DNA of 64,000 nucleotides from Narcine bancroftii (Eukaryota): contig NC_091477.1 of the NCBI RefSeq assembly GCF_036971445.1, positions 94,550,001 to 94,614,000 of the forward strand. The letters are read 5' to 3'. A program made the position numbers and the translations under genes. Of this stretch, positions 1 through 13,830 are shown one piece after another. A model generated the notes under the pieces. The model had not been told where the DNA came from. It saw nothing but the letters and a program-made list of their open reading frames with translations, and searched no databases. Numbering within the stretch: the first letter of the stretch is position 1; each line of letters starts with the position of its first letter.

Positions 1-370
1 CTGGATAGGGCTGAAGGTGGACAAATCCTGCAGCTATGGGGGAGAAATGCAAGGGGTCAGAGAGCAAGAAATACATGGGGAGGAATGTGTAGACCAGCAT
101 GTCACCAATATTTCACCAGTCTTTTCACGCAATCGACAACATGGTTTACCTTAATTATAAACCCAACAGTTTGCAATTCAAATTGCAGATCCCTGCAGAT
201 TGTTGAATGATTAGTATTACTCCACTGACAACTTTGCCTAAAGATCTTTATTGATCTCTTCACAGGTTTAAATAAATCAGTGGATTTGGTTGATAAATTC
301 AGACAGGATGCAAAGCCATTAATGTATTAACTTTTAGCCTCAGAGAATTACAACAAGATACATTTTATAA

Positions 371-1341
371 GCCCCTTTCACACCTGCAAGTGGTCCAAGA
401 ATTAACAAAAAAGGATCTCCTGTGAAACAAAAGTCTTCTCAACACAGGTGTGAAATTATGTCATAATCACGCTGGAGATAGACTGCCTTGACCCTAATTA
501 CAATCCCTGGTGTCTGCAGACTCTGACATTACAATCAGGCAAGTATAGAATGGGAAATTGTGTTCTGGGATTGAAATGACCCAAATTTTTGCATGAGTGC
601 AGAACGTGAAGGAAGAAAAAAGTTAAAATGAGGTATAAACTTTGCAAGTCGCAGTGGGGAGAGAGGAAATAAGTAACAATAAATAGCAGTAGTGGACAAT
701 TTTTAAAGACTGGCGAAAACTGATGGCAGACCTGACTTCCCAGAATGCCGTGCAGCAGAGAAACCCCTCAGTTAGTGTCCCGTCCTTGCAGCCATGCATA
801 CAGCCCTTTCTCTGCCGCTTGGCATTCTGGGAGGGCAAGTCCACCATTGCTTCCCCCCCCCCCACGGTATTTATAAATTGTATGCAATAGTGCTACCAAC
901 TTTCCCACACTGTATAAATTGTGCACGATAGTGCTACAACTTCCCCACGTTGCTTAAAAGTTGTCCGCTAATGCTATTTATTGCTAGCACTTTCCCACGG
1001 TTCCTTATAAAGGTTTATACAGGTTGGCACAACAACAGGAGCTGAAGGACTCATACAGTGCTGCACATAAATCTTAATTGTTATAATTAGGCATGATTAA
1101 TTTTGTTCAAATATAAGATCATAATACATTGATCAGGATTTAGGGAAGGTCCACCATCACTCGATGCGTCATGTCGTCATCGGTAGAAGGTAGAACAGTC
1201 CTAACCCTGGGGATGGGTCCATGCAAGAGTGAATGCGTGCAGTGTTCCAGTTAAGAGTGGTCAAGTGTGAACAGCAAAAATCCCATTCCTATCCCAGGAT
1301 GCTGAATAGCTGATTTAGTAGGACACAAGTGTAAAAGGGGC
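371..1341. mobile_element. Non-autonomous DNA transposon (MITE), probably PIF/Harbinger-like
   Basis: Imperfect terminal inverted repeats (GCCC..TTCACACCTG at 371; CAAGTGTAAAAGGGGC ending 1341) with TAA/TAT flanks. Internal ~40-bp tandem units at ~865-1010. No transposase ORF. Confidence 0.55.
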
Positions 1342-3446
1342 TATGGATAATAATTGTTGCCAGATGTATTAGATTTATACTGTTTTAATTTTAGTTCTTT
1401 TCATTCCTAATTCAATCTCTTTCCTTCTCTTTATCTTTCTGGAGAGAAAAAAACACTCAACTTTCAGGGTTTGTTATTTACAGGTTCTTTCTCAGTTCTT
1501 ACTAGGCAGCATACTGATGCAATCTCACATCTCCATCAATCCAGTTGTTCGTACCTCTGATGCTGTCCACGTTGAGTTGTATGTATCCCTGTGACCAGAT
1601 AGGTTTCCTCCTACATCCCAAAGGTATGTTAATTGGTAGACTGCAAAATGCCACAGTAGATGGCAGCAGAATAGCTGGAAGATGAGATATTTCTTTTGAT
1701 ACCGCAACACTTAATTAATTGTCCAAAGTGGTAAGGGTGTACAGGAACCAGCAAGCCCTGAGTGAGAGGGGAACATGGCAAATATTACCTAGTGAGCCAG
1801 GTGCCAAACCATCACAATTTCCACATAGTCTGAATTTTACTGTAGTAACTGGAAAACAAGACAGCCATATAAAACTAGACAAGCTGCAAACATTTAAATG
1901 AAACTGTGGTGTTTAATTAAACAGTGGGACCATCATGATTGAAAATTTAGCTTGATGTTGACTAACCAGAGGAATATTTATCTTATTCCCATACTTTATT
2001 CTAGAAATACTCAGGCTAAGCAACATCTGTGGATAAAATGAGTTCTTAATGTTTTTTAGACTGCAACGTCAGGAAAAATGGCTTAAAAATTAACATAATT
2101 TCTACCCATGCAGTTGTTCACACTGGCCAGGTTTTTTTAGTACCTGAGTGCAACAGTCCCAGTGGTTGGATATGCAGTAGAATGAATGACTGACAATGAA
2201 TTTTTCCAGTACAATTTCCACTGCAGGCTTCCTCCAAAAAATTGTAGGGGTCCTGTCGGATAAATTGCAGTGCAGGAATTGACATAAAATTCCTGCACAT
2301 TCCTTTTCAGACTGCCCGAGTTGCAGCAAAATTCTTTGATTGTGCTGTGAAATGCCTGGAGTCAAAAAACCGTAATTGACTCAGGACTGAAAAAAGTTGC
2401 AAATCAAACACATTTTAAGTTGCAGGTGAATGGGTGGCATGATCAAAGGGATACACTATATGTGTATAGTATTATTTGGAAAGGCTGTTGTGATGGTGAT
2501 GCCAGTTGAGAATGTTTGCTAATCACAGCTGATGTCTAGAGGAAGTATAAATAAGATGAATAAAATAGGAGACAGTTTTCATTTCCACCCAATCGCTGTC
2601 ATTCCATCCTTCCATCTCTTCTGCAACTTAGAACAAGTTTGATATTAATTTTTCCACAGTTCTGATGGAAGGTGAAATTAATTTTCTCTTTCCACAGGTG
2701 CTGTTTGGCCTGTGAATATTTCAAGCATTTTTTGCTTTAATTTCCACAATCTGCTGTTTTTCTGCTTTTCAATGAAAGGTAGAGCAAAAATGGGGAAAAA
2801 GTGGAATCTGGGTGATAGGATTCTACATTTCTACACAAGAGCACAAGGATGAGGAAATAAGATGATAGTTTGAGGGAGGAGAACCTGGCCACTGCCTCAT
2901 TGTGATGGTTTGGATGAAGATTTAATCAAGCAGACACATGAATTTGAATACTAGAGAAGTGTTTGAAGAGAACAGAATAGCCAGAATAAGTGCTGTCCAA
3001 AGAATGAGAAGAGGAACAGCACATTCAATGTCATTGTTCATAAAGGTCGTGACTTTTGCCAGAGCAATCTAGACAAAGCATTAATAAAAATGAAGAGAGT
3101 GCATAGAGGGGGAAGGGAACAGAAATTTGCTTGAAATGTTACGAATGTGACTTCAGTCAATAGGGTGTTCGTAACTGTTTAAGGGAAGATGGATATCCTG
3201 CAAAAATAGACCATTATGTCAGCTGCAACATTTTAAAGGATGGTTATTGTATAATCAGGTTGTGGGGAAATCTAAGGAGCAGCAAAAACTGGCTTTTCAA
3301 AGGACAAGGAGTAAATCAAAGTTCGGTACATTGCAAAGACATAATTAAGGAGACTGGCAGATCAAGCAAGAGAATCATCACACTGGGCTCAATTCTGGGG
3401 ATTAAAAATACAGGTACTATTACCTCCTGACTTTTAAAGTTGAAAC

Positions 3447-6049
3447 TGTAGCATCTGCTACAGCAGCGCTACAGAATAAAGAGACGTCCACATGATGCGA
3501 GGGTGAACCAGTAACTGATTTTATTATTTGAATTCCTCGCGCTGTGCACAGGGGAACACCCACTTCCTGTGACGTGTGCGCCAGTTTGCAGAAGTGATGT
3601 CAGCGTGTTGTGCCACCCGGAAGCAGGAGTTCCCCTGGGCAACATGTGACACCAGCTGTGGGCTTCTTCTCAGGAGTGAAGGGGAACCCGCACCATTTTG
3701 AGTCAGACGACTGGGACAGTGACTCAGCCTGTCTAATTGCGCAGTCACTCGGCCAGCTACACCAACCCCCCCCCAAGAATCGCTGCCGCCCTCTGAGCAT
3801 GTTACTGTACAGTCTCTGGGCGGGTGGCCTCTTTACCTGACCTGGGGGACTGGGGCCGCCAGGCCTAAGTCCATGTGCACTTCCTTGAGGTGGTCGAGAG
3901 TGAACTTGTCCAGCAGTGGTGTGGCTCCCTCGAGGGTGATACGGCGTACCAGGAAATTGACTGTCTCTAGGCCAAACTGGCACTTGGCTGGGTTCACCCT
4001 GAGTCCGAAATGATGCAGCTTGTCGAAAAGGCAAGTCAGGTGCATCCTGTGTGTACTGGCGTTAGGGCTGGCGATGAGGAGGTCGTTTAGGTACATGAAG
4101 ATGAAGTCTAGGTCCCTGACAACCACATCCATCAGCCACTGGAATGTCTGGGCTGCGTTCTTCAGTCTGAACGGCATCCGCAGGAACTTGAAAAGGCCAA
4201 AGGGTGTGATGATGGCCATTTTCGGGGCATCGTTGAGATGCACTGGGATCACCTTTTGATGAGGTTTACCTTGGAAAAAGCTCGGCAGCCCTGAAGCCTC
4301 GTGGCGAAGTCCTGGACGTGTGAGATAGGGTACTTGTCTGGGACTGTAGTGTGGTTCAGCCACCTATAGTTGCCGCACGGGCACCAACCGCTGGAGCTCT
4401 TCTGTACTATGTGGACTGGGGAGGCCCAGGGGCTATTTGAACGGCAGATGATCCCCAGCTCCTCCATGGTGGCGAACTTGACCTTGGCTTGCTGCAATTT
4501 GTCTTGTGGGAGGGGCTGAGCCTGTGCATGCACTGGAGGCCCAGTGGTCTTGATGTGGTGCTCCACACCATGTGTGGTTTGGCATTGTGGAAATTGGGTG
4601 CCAGTATGGCCAAGTACTTGCCCATTAGGTGGGCATACTCATTTTAGTCCAGGGCATGGATTTCTAATGCCAGAAAAGGGCACTATCGCAGGACAGGAGG
4701 GGTACAACTAGAAAGTGGTGACGTTCACCAACCGGCATCTCGTCACGTCCATCAACAGTTCATGTGCCCGGAGGGTATCTGCTCTGAGTAAAGCCTGTCC
4801 CACGGTCATGATTGTGCACTTCCATTGGAAAACTGTGTCCGCTGCATAAATTGTGACCAGCCATGTGCCATAGCTTGGGATGGAGGAGCCATTGGGAGGC
4901 TTTTCTCTGCACCCATGTCGATTAGGAAGTCCATCTTTGTTCATTGGACCCTGAGGTAGAGTAGGCCTTTATGAGCACTAACTGCTAAAACCACTATTGG
5001 CGGCGGCCTGCCCGCTTCCCGTCGCCGTGTTTGTTTTGGCAGTGGGATAGGAGCACGGGGGTGGGGTTGGGGTGCACCTCCAGGTGTTTCAGCCCCATCT
5101 GTGGTGATAGAAACAGTATTCATTCTGTTTGGGCATCCGTCACACTGTGATTGGGCTGCAGCTACTACTGAGGGGCTAGGTGGAGTTGCTGAGATGGCGG
5201 TGCCGATGGCATAGACATAGATGGAGCTCTGTTGTGGGGTTCAGAACAGTCTGTCTTCCTCCTTGGCTACCAGGTGTGGGGCACTGAAATTCATGTCGGA
5301 AACTGCCGAAGAAATGTGTACAAGGCCTCGAAGAGGAAGCAGTCTGTGTGTCTGTCAACTAAGGCCACCTTTTTCGTGCATGAGCTCGGAAGGGTTCCTA
5401 GTGCCCAGGCTCTGCATATTTAGGATACAAACAGCATGCTTGTCCCAGCTGAGTTCCAGGGAATCAAGGAGGAAATGCCAGAATTGCTAGTATTTGCGGT
5501 CCATGTGAGGATTCTCCATGAAGGAGCTCACTTTGGCTGTGGTGGCGGCGTCCAAGGTGCTGACGACGTGCCAGAACTTGGTGTCCTCGGAGATAATGCC
5601 TCTGATGTGGAACTGTGACGCAGCCAGTTGCAGCCAATTCCTGGGCTGGTTTGCCCAGAAACGGGGCAAATGCACGCCTACCGCTTTGGTCACAGCCATT
5701 GTGATGGTAGTGGTAGCGATATCCTGCATCCTGTTGTGTTTGAGTTGGGTTCCAAAAATGTTGGAACCGTTGGGGTCACAACTGTAGCGTCTGTTACGGC
5801 AGTACTACAGAATAAAGAGGTGTTCACGTGGAGCGAGGGTGAACCAGTAATTGACTTTATTATTTGAACAACACGGCATCACTTCCTGGCCGGTGGTGTG
5901 CCATCCAGAAGCAGGGAGTTCCCCTGAGCAACACATGGCATCAACCACGGACCTCTCTTCGGGAGTGAAGGGGAACCTGTACCATTTTGATTAGACGAAT
6001 GGGGCGGTAATTTAGCCCATCCAACCACGTGGTAGCTCGGCTCGCTACA
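3447..6049 (-). mobile_element. Gypsy/Ty3 LTR retrotransposon, decayed and internally deleted
   Basis: LTRs TGTAG...CTACA at 3447-3761 and 5783-6049. 4-bp TSD AAAC (3443-3446 / 6050-6053). Polypurine tract next to 3761, tRNA-Trp-like primer site (tgtgacccc) next to 5783. gag (AVGVHLPRFWANQP) and RT (SPWASPVHIV, RMPFRLKNAAQTFQ, YLND) fragments. Confidence 0.92.
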
Positions 6050-6179
6050 AAACCAAATGAATAAGCGAGTAGTAAACAAATAAGTAGAGTAAGACAATCT
6101 TGTGTGAACAAAACATCAAATTCAGAGAAAGCATAATACATAATGTGGTCAAATCTTAAAGGTCTGTGCATCATTGAAT

Positions 6180-6530
6180 AAGAGAGCAGCAGCAATCAAG
6201 GATCAACACCACCCAGGACATGCTCTGTTCTCATTGCTGCCATCAGGAAAGAGGTACAAGAGCCACAAGACTCATACCACTACGTTCAGAAACAATTGAT
6301 ACCACGCCACCATCAGATGCCTAAACAAACTCAATCAGAGATTCATTTAAGGACTCACTTTGCACATTATATGTTACTTAATTTTTCTGTATTACACAAT
6401 TTGTTTATATTTCTTTCTTTCTTTGCATTTCTCTCTTTTGAATCTTTTCTTGAGTAGTGATTTTTGCATACCCGATACGTAGAAATTCTGCCTGGCTATA
6501 TGTCATGAATATCCTCTGAAAATAAATCTC
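6180..6530 (+). mobile_element. Rex1/Babar-type LINE 3' fragment
   Basis: caccacccaggacatgctctgttctca...ccatcaggaaagaggtacaagagcc motif shared with the Rex1-like copies at 13370-13500 and 61700-62020. Confidence 0.6.
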
Positions 6531-6545
6531 AGCGTTGAACAATAG

Positions 6546-7967
6546 CAGCACAATTAAGGTATTTATCAGATTTTTATCAGACAAGGGAAAAAACAGATTA
6601 GATTAAGATAGAGCTAGATAAAATAGGGGAGAAGGTACCAGAACATATACTTTACAAGTGGGATGAAAAGCTGGTGCAATATAAAAGCTCACCAGTATTG
6701 CATCATTTACTCAATATATGGAAGAAGATCCACTTAGAAAGGAAAAAAAACAAATTACCAAATACCAAAATTATTATTGACGCAAAATCAGCTAATCCCT
6801 TTTACAATAGATAACCTTTCCTTTAGAGAATGGGAGAGAAAAGGAATTAAAAGAATAGAAAATTGTTTTATGCAAAATAATTTATTAACATTTGAACAAA
6901 TGAAGTACAAATATGGAATAACTCATGGTACAATGTTTGCATACCATCAACTGAAAGCCTACTTAAAGGATAAATTGGGAAAAAGACAGATTACCAGAAG
7001 GAAGCAGCTTTGAATATGTGATTACAGACACAATGATAATAAAAATATTTATAGGAACATGTACATCAAGCTGCAAGAGAAGGAAAATGATGAAATAAGC
7101 TTAAACCCAAACAAAAGTGGGAAAAAGATTTAAACATAAAGATAAAAAATGAAACATTGGGAAAGTTATGCTCTGAAACTATAAAGAAAATAATAAACAC
7201 AAGGTTACGGACGATACAGTATAATTGGTTGCACAGGTTATATATCAGGCCCCAAAAGTTTTTAAAAAATGGGATCCAACATTATCAGATAGAGGTTTTC
7301 GCTGTAAGAAAGAAAAGGGATACCACATAGTACATGCAATTTGGGCATGTGAGAAAGAGAAAGTTTTTGGAAGATCTAAATCAGGTATTAAATAAAATCA
7401 CAAAAAATAACATACCAAAAAATCCAGAGATCTTTCTTCTAAGTAATATAAGAAGTAAAGAATTAGGCCCCAAACTGGATGAAGCATAAAAAAGATTTAT
7501 TATGATAGCCTTAGCTGTAGCAAAAAAATGTATAATGTCAACTTGGAAATCAGAAGAGAGCCTGAGAATACAGCAATGGTACATGGAAATGAATAAATGT
7601 ATTCCATTGGAAAAAAAATTATATATAATTTAAAAAATAAAGTTACATTATTTGAACAAATTTGGGAGCTGTACATGGAACATAACAGAGAAGACTTGCC
7701 TTGGACCTCCACCCCCTAAAATGATAAGAAGACAAAATGACTTGATCCAGTGTGTCAAAGTAGATATCACATTTTTCTTGTTTATTTTCATTGTGTGATG
7801 ACATTGTTTAATGGGTTTATTGTATTGTATATGTTGAATGTTTAATGGGTTTGGAGGGGGGAGGGAAGGTAGGGGGGAAAAAAGGGGAGAAAATGCCACT
7901 GTGTATATTTAAGAGGGAAATCTTTGTATGTATTTTGATTAATATGGTTCACAGTATGAAAAAAAAA
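6546..7967 (+). mobile_element. 5'-truncated L1/Tx1-type LINE (ORF2 C-terminus plus 3' UTR)
   Basis: A-rich decayed ORF2 with remnants of the C-terminal Cys/His region (FRCKKEKG..HAIWAC), G-rich 3' UTR, poly(A) at 7959-7967. Candidate TSD core GAACAATAG at 6537-6545 / 7972-7980. Confidence 0.85.
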
Positions 7968-8329
7968 CTTGGAACAATAGAACAACCACCTGGGGAGATG
8001 CCAGATGATGGAAGCCTGGGAGGATTAAGGTTGGATTGAAATGAACTGCTAACAAGAAGGAATATTATCGAAAGGCTAAGGAAGGAAATTTTTGACTGTA
8101 GCATGTGATTTGGGTCTTTGCATTTCTTTCACCTGTTGGCTGCTTATTCCTTCTTGCAAGTACTATGGGATTTATCAGGGAATACTCATGCATGAGTCTC
8201 CAGATTTTAGGTCATTACTTTTGCAACTGCCATTGAAGCAAATCTTAGAATCATGATTTGAAAACCTTCAAAATGATTGTTATAACAAATTATCATAGTC
8301 CTTTTCAGGTAGAAACATGACACATTTGT

Positions 8330-8765
8330 TAAAGTGTTGCAACCATATCTGAAATACATGGGCATGGAGATTGAATTGCTCTCCCCGTGAAATATGGATA
8401 TTATAAAAACCTGTCCTAGTAGGGGAAGGATTAGAGTTAAGGAAATGGAACATGGTACAGGCGAAGTGTGTGTTTTCTTTTTAACCCCTTTTTTTAGTTT
8501 GTTTTATTTTAGTTTTGGTGTTTTAAAGTTTTTTTTTCTTTTACTTGGGTTATTTAGTTAAGTTGTTCCTGATTTTTAGATCTTTGGTGGGGGCTCTGCA
8601 CCCCACTTGTATTTGTATAACGTATAATCGGTATGGCTATGTGTTTGGGAGCAAAGGGGTGGGGGAGAAAACAGTCTCTGTATGTTCCATGTATGTTGAA
8701 AAAAATTGTATTGATTGTTGAAATTACTTTTAGTCTGTAAAAAATCAAAATATTTTAAAAAATGA
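8330..8765 (+). mobile_element. Probable L1 3' end fragment
   Basis: ORF2-end-like caaccatatctgaaatacatggg followed by a T/G-rich UTR and an A-rich tail. Resemblance judged by eye only. Confidence 0.4.
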
Positions 8766-10029
8766 CCATTTTCAACATGTATCAGGAATCCCAAATATAT
8801 TAAAAGCACATTGCAACAAAATTGATCATGAAGCAAAAATGTCTAAAGTTTCAGTTTCAGCTCACCGCCTCTTATTATTGATGGAAACTTTTAGAAATTA
8901 TAACATTTCCAAAAGAAAAAAAATAATTTGGAACCATTGGTTTCCGAGATGGTCATGGCCAGTGAATTGAATGAGATTGTTGTTTGGAGGGAGCAAGGCA
9001 GTGGATGGACCTGTTATTGTTACTGCAGAGAGATAAAACTGCAGGAATTACTTGGGCTACAAGAATGCTGAAAGAATAAACTCACTGAACTGGGACTCTT
9101 CATTAGATTTAAGAGTCTCGTGCTGAAGGTATTCAAATGAATAAGATTGAAAATGTATTGGATTAGTATTTTTGGTATGCCAAAAATAAACACACTAGCA
9201 TAGAAAATAAACTTATCTAACACATCTTTACTGTGTTTGAAGTATCAGAGCAAATTAATTACATTGCTAACATGTTTTATAAGCAACAATACCAGCCAAT
9301 CTCCAAATAGAGAAGATTTTTAAAATTATTATCTAAATAGAAAACACATTCATCCAGTAAAATCTGATCAGCAAACTCCAAGACTGGTCCTCAATACTCA
9401 ATACCACACTATGCAACTGGATCCTGGATTTCCTCATCTCTTTTTCGAACTAAGAACCCTTTTAATTTTGTTAGGGACTGAAGAGACTTTGTTAGCACTT
9501 GGAAAGGAACAGCATTTGAAAATTCACCAGACAATGGTAAATTCAAAATAATAGTTTTTATTAAATTATTAATAACATAACATTTCTTACTTATCTCTAA
9601 ATTTAACCCCACTATGCAGAAATGTGTGTATGCAATAAAGTCCCAATCTCTGAAACGTCTATTTTAAAACTTCAACATCATTTTAGTCTTGCTTAAAGGT
9701 CTTAAATGTTCATTTCAGAAATAATTATAAAGCGCTTTTAAACATTATATCTTCAAGCCTCTTTAAACTCACAATTCTTTTGACGAGTTGTCTTTGAGAG
9801 ATATTCTTCAAACAGAAGTGACCATCTTCTGCGCCACAAATGTGTCTTCTGTAAATAGGATAATACAAGTCCTGTCTTTCCAGGAGGTCAAATCTTCTTC
9901 TTTTGAATGAAGACTTTGGAATCTGTGTTCCCAAATGATGAAACTGCCCTCTTAATCTTAAAGAGACAGTCAGAAGTAGGCTTCTCTTTTGAAATTCTGT
10001 GTCCCCCTTTTATTAAAAGTAACACATAG

Positions 10030-10790
10030 TAACACAATGGATGTGTCAGAAAGTTCCTTTGAAATGGTAAAGTTGCTAGAATCTCCATTGAAAAGTTGAT
10101 TTGGGATAACAAACTGAGGGGTTTAAATTTGCCAGATTTCAAAAAAAAAAATTAATGGCAGCCCAGGCAAGGTTTATCACCTCACTCTTTGAGGGAGGGG
10201 GCCTCCCTCCTGGCCACAAATTGGACTACATGCAGTAGGTGAAAAGATAGCATGAGAGTTTATATATAAATAGGACCTAAATTAATTTAAAATAAAACAG
10301 ATAACCCCATATTAAAGCATGTACTTCAGACATAGCAAAGAATATATCAATGTATTGGATTGAAGGTGGGGATATCTCCCAAAACACCCTTGACCCAGAA
10401 CAACTTAATACCTTTGATTCTGGACAATAAGATTGTGGTGCCTGAAGGGGATCAGGTGTATCAAGGATTGTTACAAGTGAGGGCAGCTCATGTCACTTGA
10501 ACAGTTAAGGAATAAATATGATTTGTCTATCTGCAACTCAAACCTTTTTTTTTAAAAAAGTGACAAATTGGGACCATCTATGACCCTGCCGATATGTAGT
10601 GACATGAAGATTCTAATTCAAAGGGTGAATGTGCGCAAGTTTATCTCAATAATGTATTTCAAATTCCAAAGTGAGGGTCCAAAGCCAAGCTTACATAGGC
10701 CGAGGGAAAGGTGGGAATTGGACTTGGGCACAACAATCCACGAGCGCTGCTGGTCAGAAGTGTGTCTGGATAGCATGACAGCAGTTATGC
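10030..10790 (+). mobile_element. Decayed L1 ORF2 fragment
   Basis: Encodes GL.LPDF...AAQ-like and RERWELDLG...WSEVC motifs typical of the L1 ORF2 C-terminal half. Cut off by the Rex1 element at ~10800. Confidence 0.6.
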
Positions 10791-10799
10791 ACCAAGGAG

Positions 10800-12960
10800 C
10801 TGATTCAGAATCAGGAGTTATTGTCATGAACAAGTCATGAAATTCGGTGTTTTGTAGCAGCTTCATAGCGCAAACATACATATTATAACCATCTTATGAC
10901 ATTACTATAAAAAAATAAAATAATAATAACAATAATAGTGGATGAAAAGTAAGGCAGTGTCTTTGGTTCATTGATCATTCAGGAATCTGATGGCAGCAGG
11001 GAAGAAGCTGTCCTTGTGCCAGAGTGCCTGTCTTTAGGATCTTGGACCTTTTTGCTGATGGTAGTGGAATGAAGAGGACATGGTCTGGGTGGTGGTGGTC
11101 TTTGAGGATTGAGGCTTCTTTTTTAAGACATCACTTCAGGTAGATATCCTCGATGGCTTGAACTCTAGTGCCTGCAATGTCGCAGCCAAATTAACCACCT
11201 CGGGAGTTTATTCTTGTCCTGAGTTGGTGCCACCACACCAGGCAGTGATACAACCCAGAATGCTCTCCATGGTACACCTGTAGAAGTTTATGAGTCTTCG
11301 GTGCCTCAGATACCTCACAAAGTAAAGCTGCTGGCAAGCCTTTGTGATTGCATTAACATGGAGGCTCCAATCCTCAGAGATGTTGACACCCAGGAATTTG
11401 AAGTTCTTGATCCTCTCCACTACTGAGCCCTCGATAATGACTGGGTCATGTTCTCCTGACTTCCTTCTGAAGTCCACAAGTATCTCCTTGGTTTTGCTGA
11501 TGTTGAGTGCGATGTTGCAGTCATTACATCATTCAAAGAGCTGATCTCTCTCTCTCTCCGAACACTTCCTCATTGCCATTTGTGATTCTGCTGACAACAC
11601 AGTCGTGGGTGTATAACAAGTAGAGCAATGGTGGAAGCATGCATCCTTGCGGTGCGCCTTTGTTGATGATCGGGGGGGGGTGGGGGAGGAGACAATGTTT
11701 CCAATTCATACTGACTGTTCTTCCAATGAGAAAGTCAGGGATCCAGTTGCAGAGTGGAGTACAGAGGCCTACAGTTTGTAGCTTCTTGACCAGTACTGAG
11801 GGAATAATGGTATTAAAGGCTGAGCTGTAGTCATATGAATGAATAGCTGTTTTCAAGGTGACCCAGAATTGAGTGGAGAGCCAATGATTTTGCGTCTGCT
11901 GTGGAGCAATTGTATTGATGGCGAATTGCAGTCGATCTAGATCTTTACTTAGGTACGTGTTAATTCTGGCCTTGACCAGCCTCTTGAAGCATTTCATCAC
12001 AGTAGAAGTTAGTGCTACTGGGCAGCAGTCATTGAGGCAGCCCACAGTACTCTTCTTGGGTACCAGGATGATTGATGCCCTTGTGAAACTGGTGGGAAAC
12101 TCTGACTCAGGTTGAAAATGTCCGTGAACACTCCAACTAGTTGGTTGGCACAGATTTTCAGTACCTTGCCAGGTGCACCGACAAGGCCTGATGCCTTGCG
12201 GGGTTCACCCTCTTGAATGATTTTCTGATGTCACCCTCAGAGAGAGATATCACATGATCCTCAGCCTTTTCAGGGATTCTCGTAGGCATTGTTTAGTTCT
12301 TCTTCACAAAGTGGGTATAAAAAGTGTTCAGTTCATAAGGTAGTGAAGCATCGCACCCATCTATAGTGTGTAGGCTGTAATGGCCTGCACTCCCTGCTAT
12401 AGTTTCCTCCAGAATTGCCAATTTGCTTCGGAGATGGCCGTCCGCAGGTCGCACCTGGACTTCTTGTAAAGATCTTGATCCCCGGCCTTAAACATCTTCG
12501 TCTTCACCCTCAGCAGGTTGCGGATTCTCTGATTCATTCAGGGCTTTTGGTTGGGGTACACCCGGTATTTATACTTGGGCACACACTCATCCATGCAGGT
12601 CTTGATGAAGTTAGTGACAACAGTTACATATTCATTCAAGTCTATGGATGAGTTCTGCAATATATTCCAGTCTGATTCAAAGCAGTCCTCCAGACGCTCT
12701 TCCACCTCCCTCGACCACAACTTTACCACTGGTAAAGTACCATCTTCACCACTGGTACTGTGGTCCTCAGTCTCTGCTTGTAAACCGGAAGTAGAAGTAC
12801 AGCCAGGTGATCAGACTTGCCGAAGTGCGGCAGAATGCGTTTCTCATGGTGGTGCATCAGTGGTCACGTGTGTTGATTCCTCTGGTCTCACATGTGATGT
12901 ATTTGTGGTAGTTTTTCAATTATTCCAATCAGAGCTGCTCACAAAGAGTCACTGCTGTCA
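10800..12960 (-). mobile_element. Rex1/Babar LINE, decayed
   Basis: RT motifs PVALTSTVMKCFKRLV, DYSSAFNTIIPS, GAPQGC and FKFLGVNISED in ORFs 11533-12045 and 11208-11477. ttctgaatc-type tail at ~10800. Confidence 0.88.
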
Positions 12961-12969
12961 GGCACCATT

Positions 12970-13830
12970 TTGATCTAGACTTCCTGATTCTAGACTTTAT
13001 GAAGGTAAAACCAGAGGTGTACGATCCAATGATTGTTGAGGGGTGAGCAGTGGAGAAGGTGAGCAAATTTAAATTCCTGGGAGTCACCATCTCAGAGATC
13101 AACCTTTCTTGGACCCAATATACTAATTTCAACAGGAAGAAAGCATGTCAACAACTCTACTTCCTTAAGACTTTGCGGAACTTCAGTATGACACTGGAAA
13201 CCTTGGAAAACTTCCACAGATGTATCATGGAAAATGTGCTGACTGATTTCATCACAGCCTGGTATGGGGGCACCAATACCTCTAAGGAGAAACAGCCATC
13301 ATAGGCAAAACTTTCATTGAGAAAATATCCTTGGAACACTGCCGTCAGACAGCAGCAACTATCATCAAGAAACCACAGCACCCAGGATATGCTCTGCTCT
13401 CATAACTTCCACCAGTAAAGAGACACAGTGCCACAAGATTCATACCACCACATTCAGGAACAGTTGATACCCCTCCACCATCCGACTCCTAAATAACACT
13501 CATTTATGGTCTCATTTTCAGATTCAGATTTATTGTCAGAGTACATACATGATATGACATACAACCCTGAAATTCATTTTTCCTGTGGGCTAGTGGAAAA
13601 AAAACCTGTACATAATGTACATATGTAAACAAATAAACAAATGTAAATAACCTTGATATACTGAGGGGAAAAAAGTGAAAAAGAGTTTGAGTTTTTTTAT
13701 TGAGGGGTCTGAAGGTGGTGGTGGGTGGGAGCAAATATTCCTAAACTTGGAGGTGCATCATGTGTTACCTATACTTCTTTCCTGATGGTAGCAGCAAGAA
13801 CAGAGCATGTACTGGGTGGAGTGGATCTTT
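12970..13830. mobile_element. Two Rex1/Babar 3' fragments, tail to tail (+ ~12970-13500; - ~13510-13830)
   Basis: ORF 13050-13304 KFKFLGVTISE...ITAWYG. ttcagattcagatttattgtc tail at ~13517. Confidence 0.7.

Noticed and set aside
860-1010. Spaced ~40-bp repeats, superficially CRISPR-like (also 18869-19016 and 59151-59206)
   Set aside because: These are degenerate tandem repeats without unique spacers, in a eukaryotic context with no cas genes.
9331-9550. ~70-codon + strand open frame ending near a GT
   Set aside because: No recognisable homology and no partner exons. Compatible with chance.
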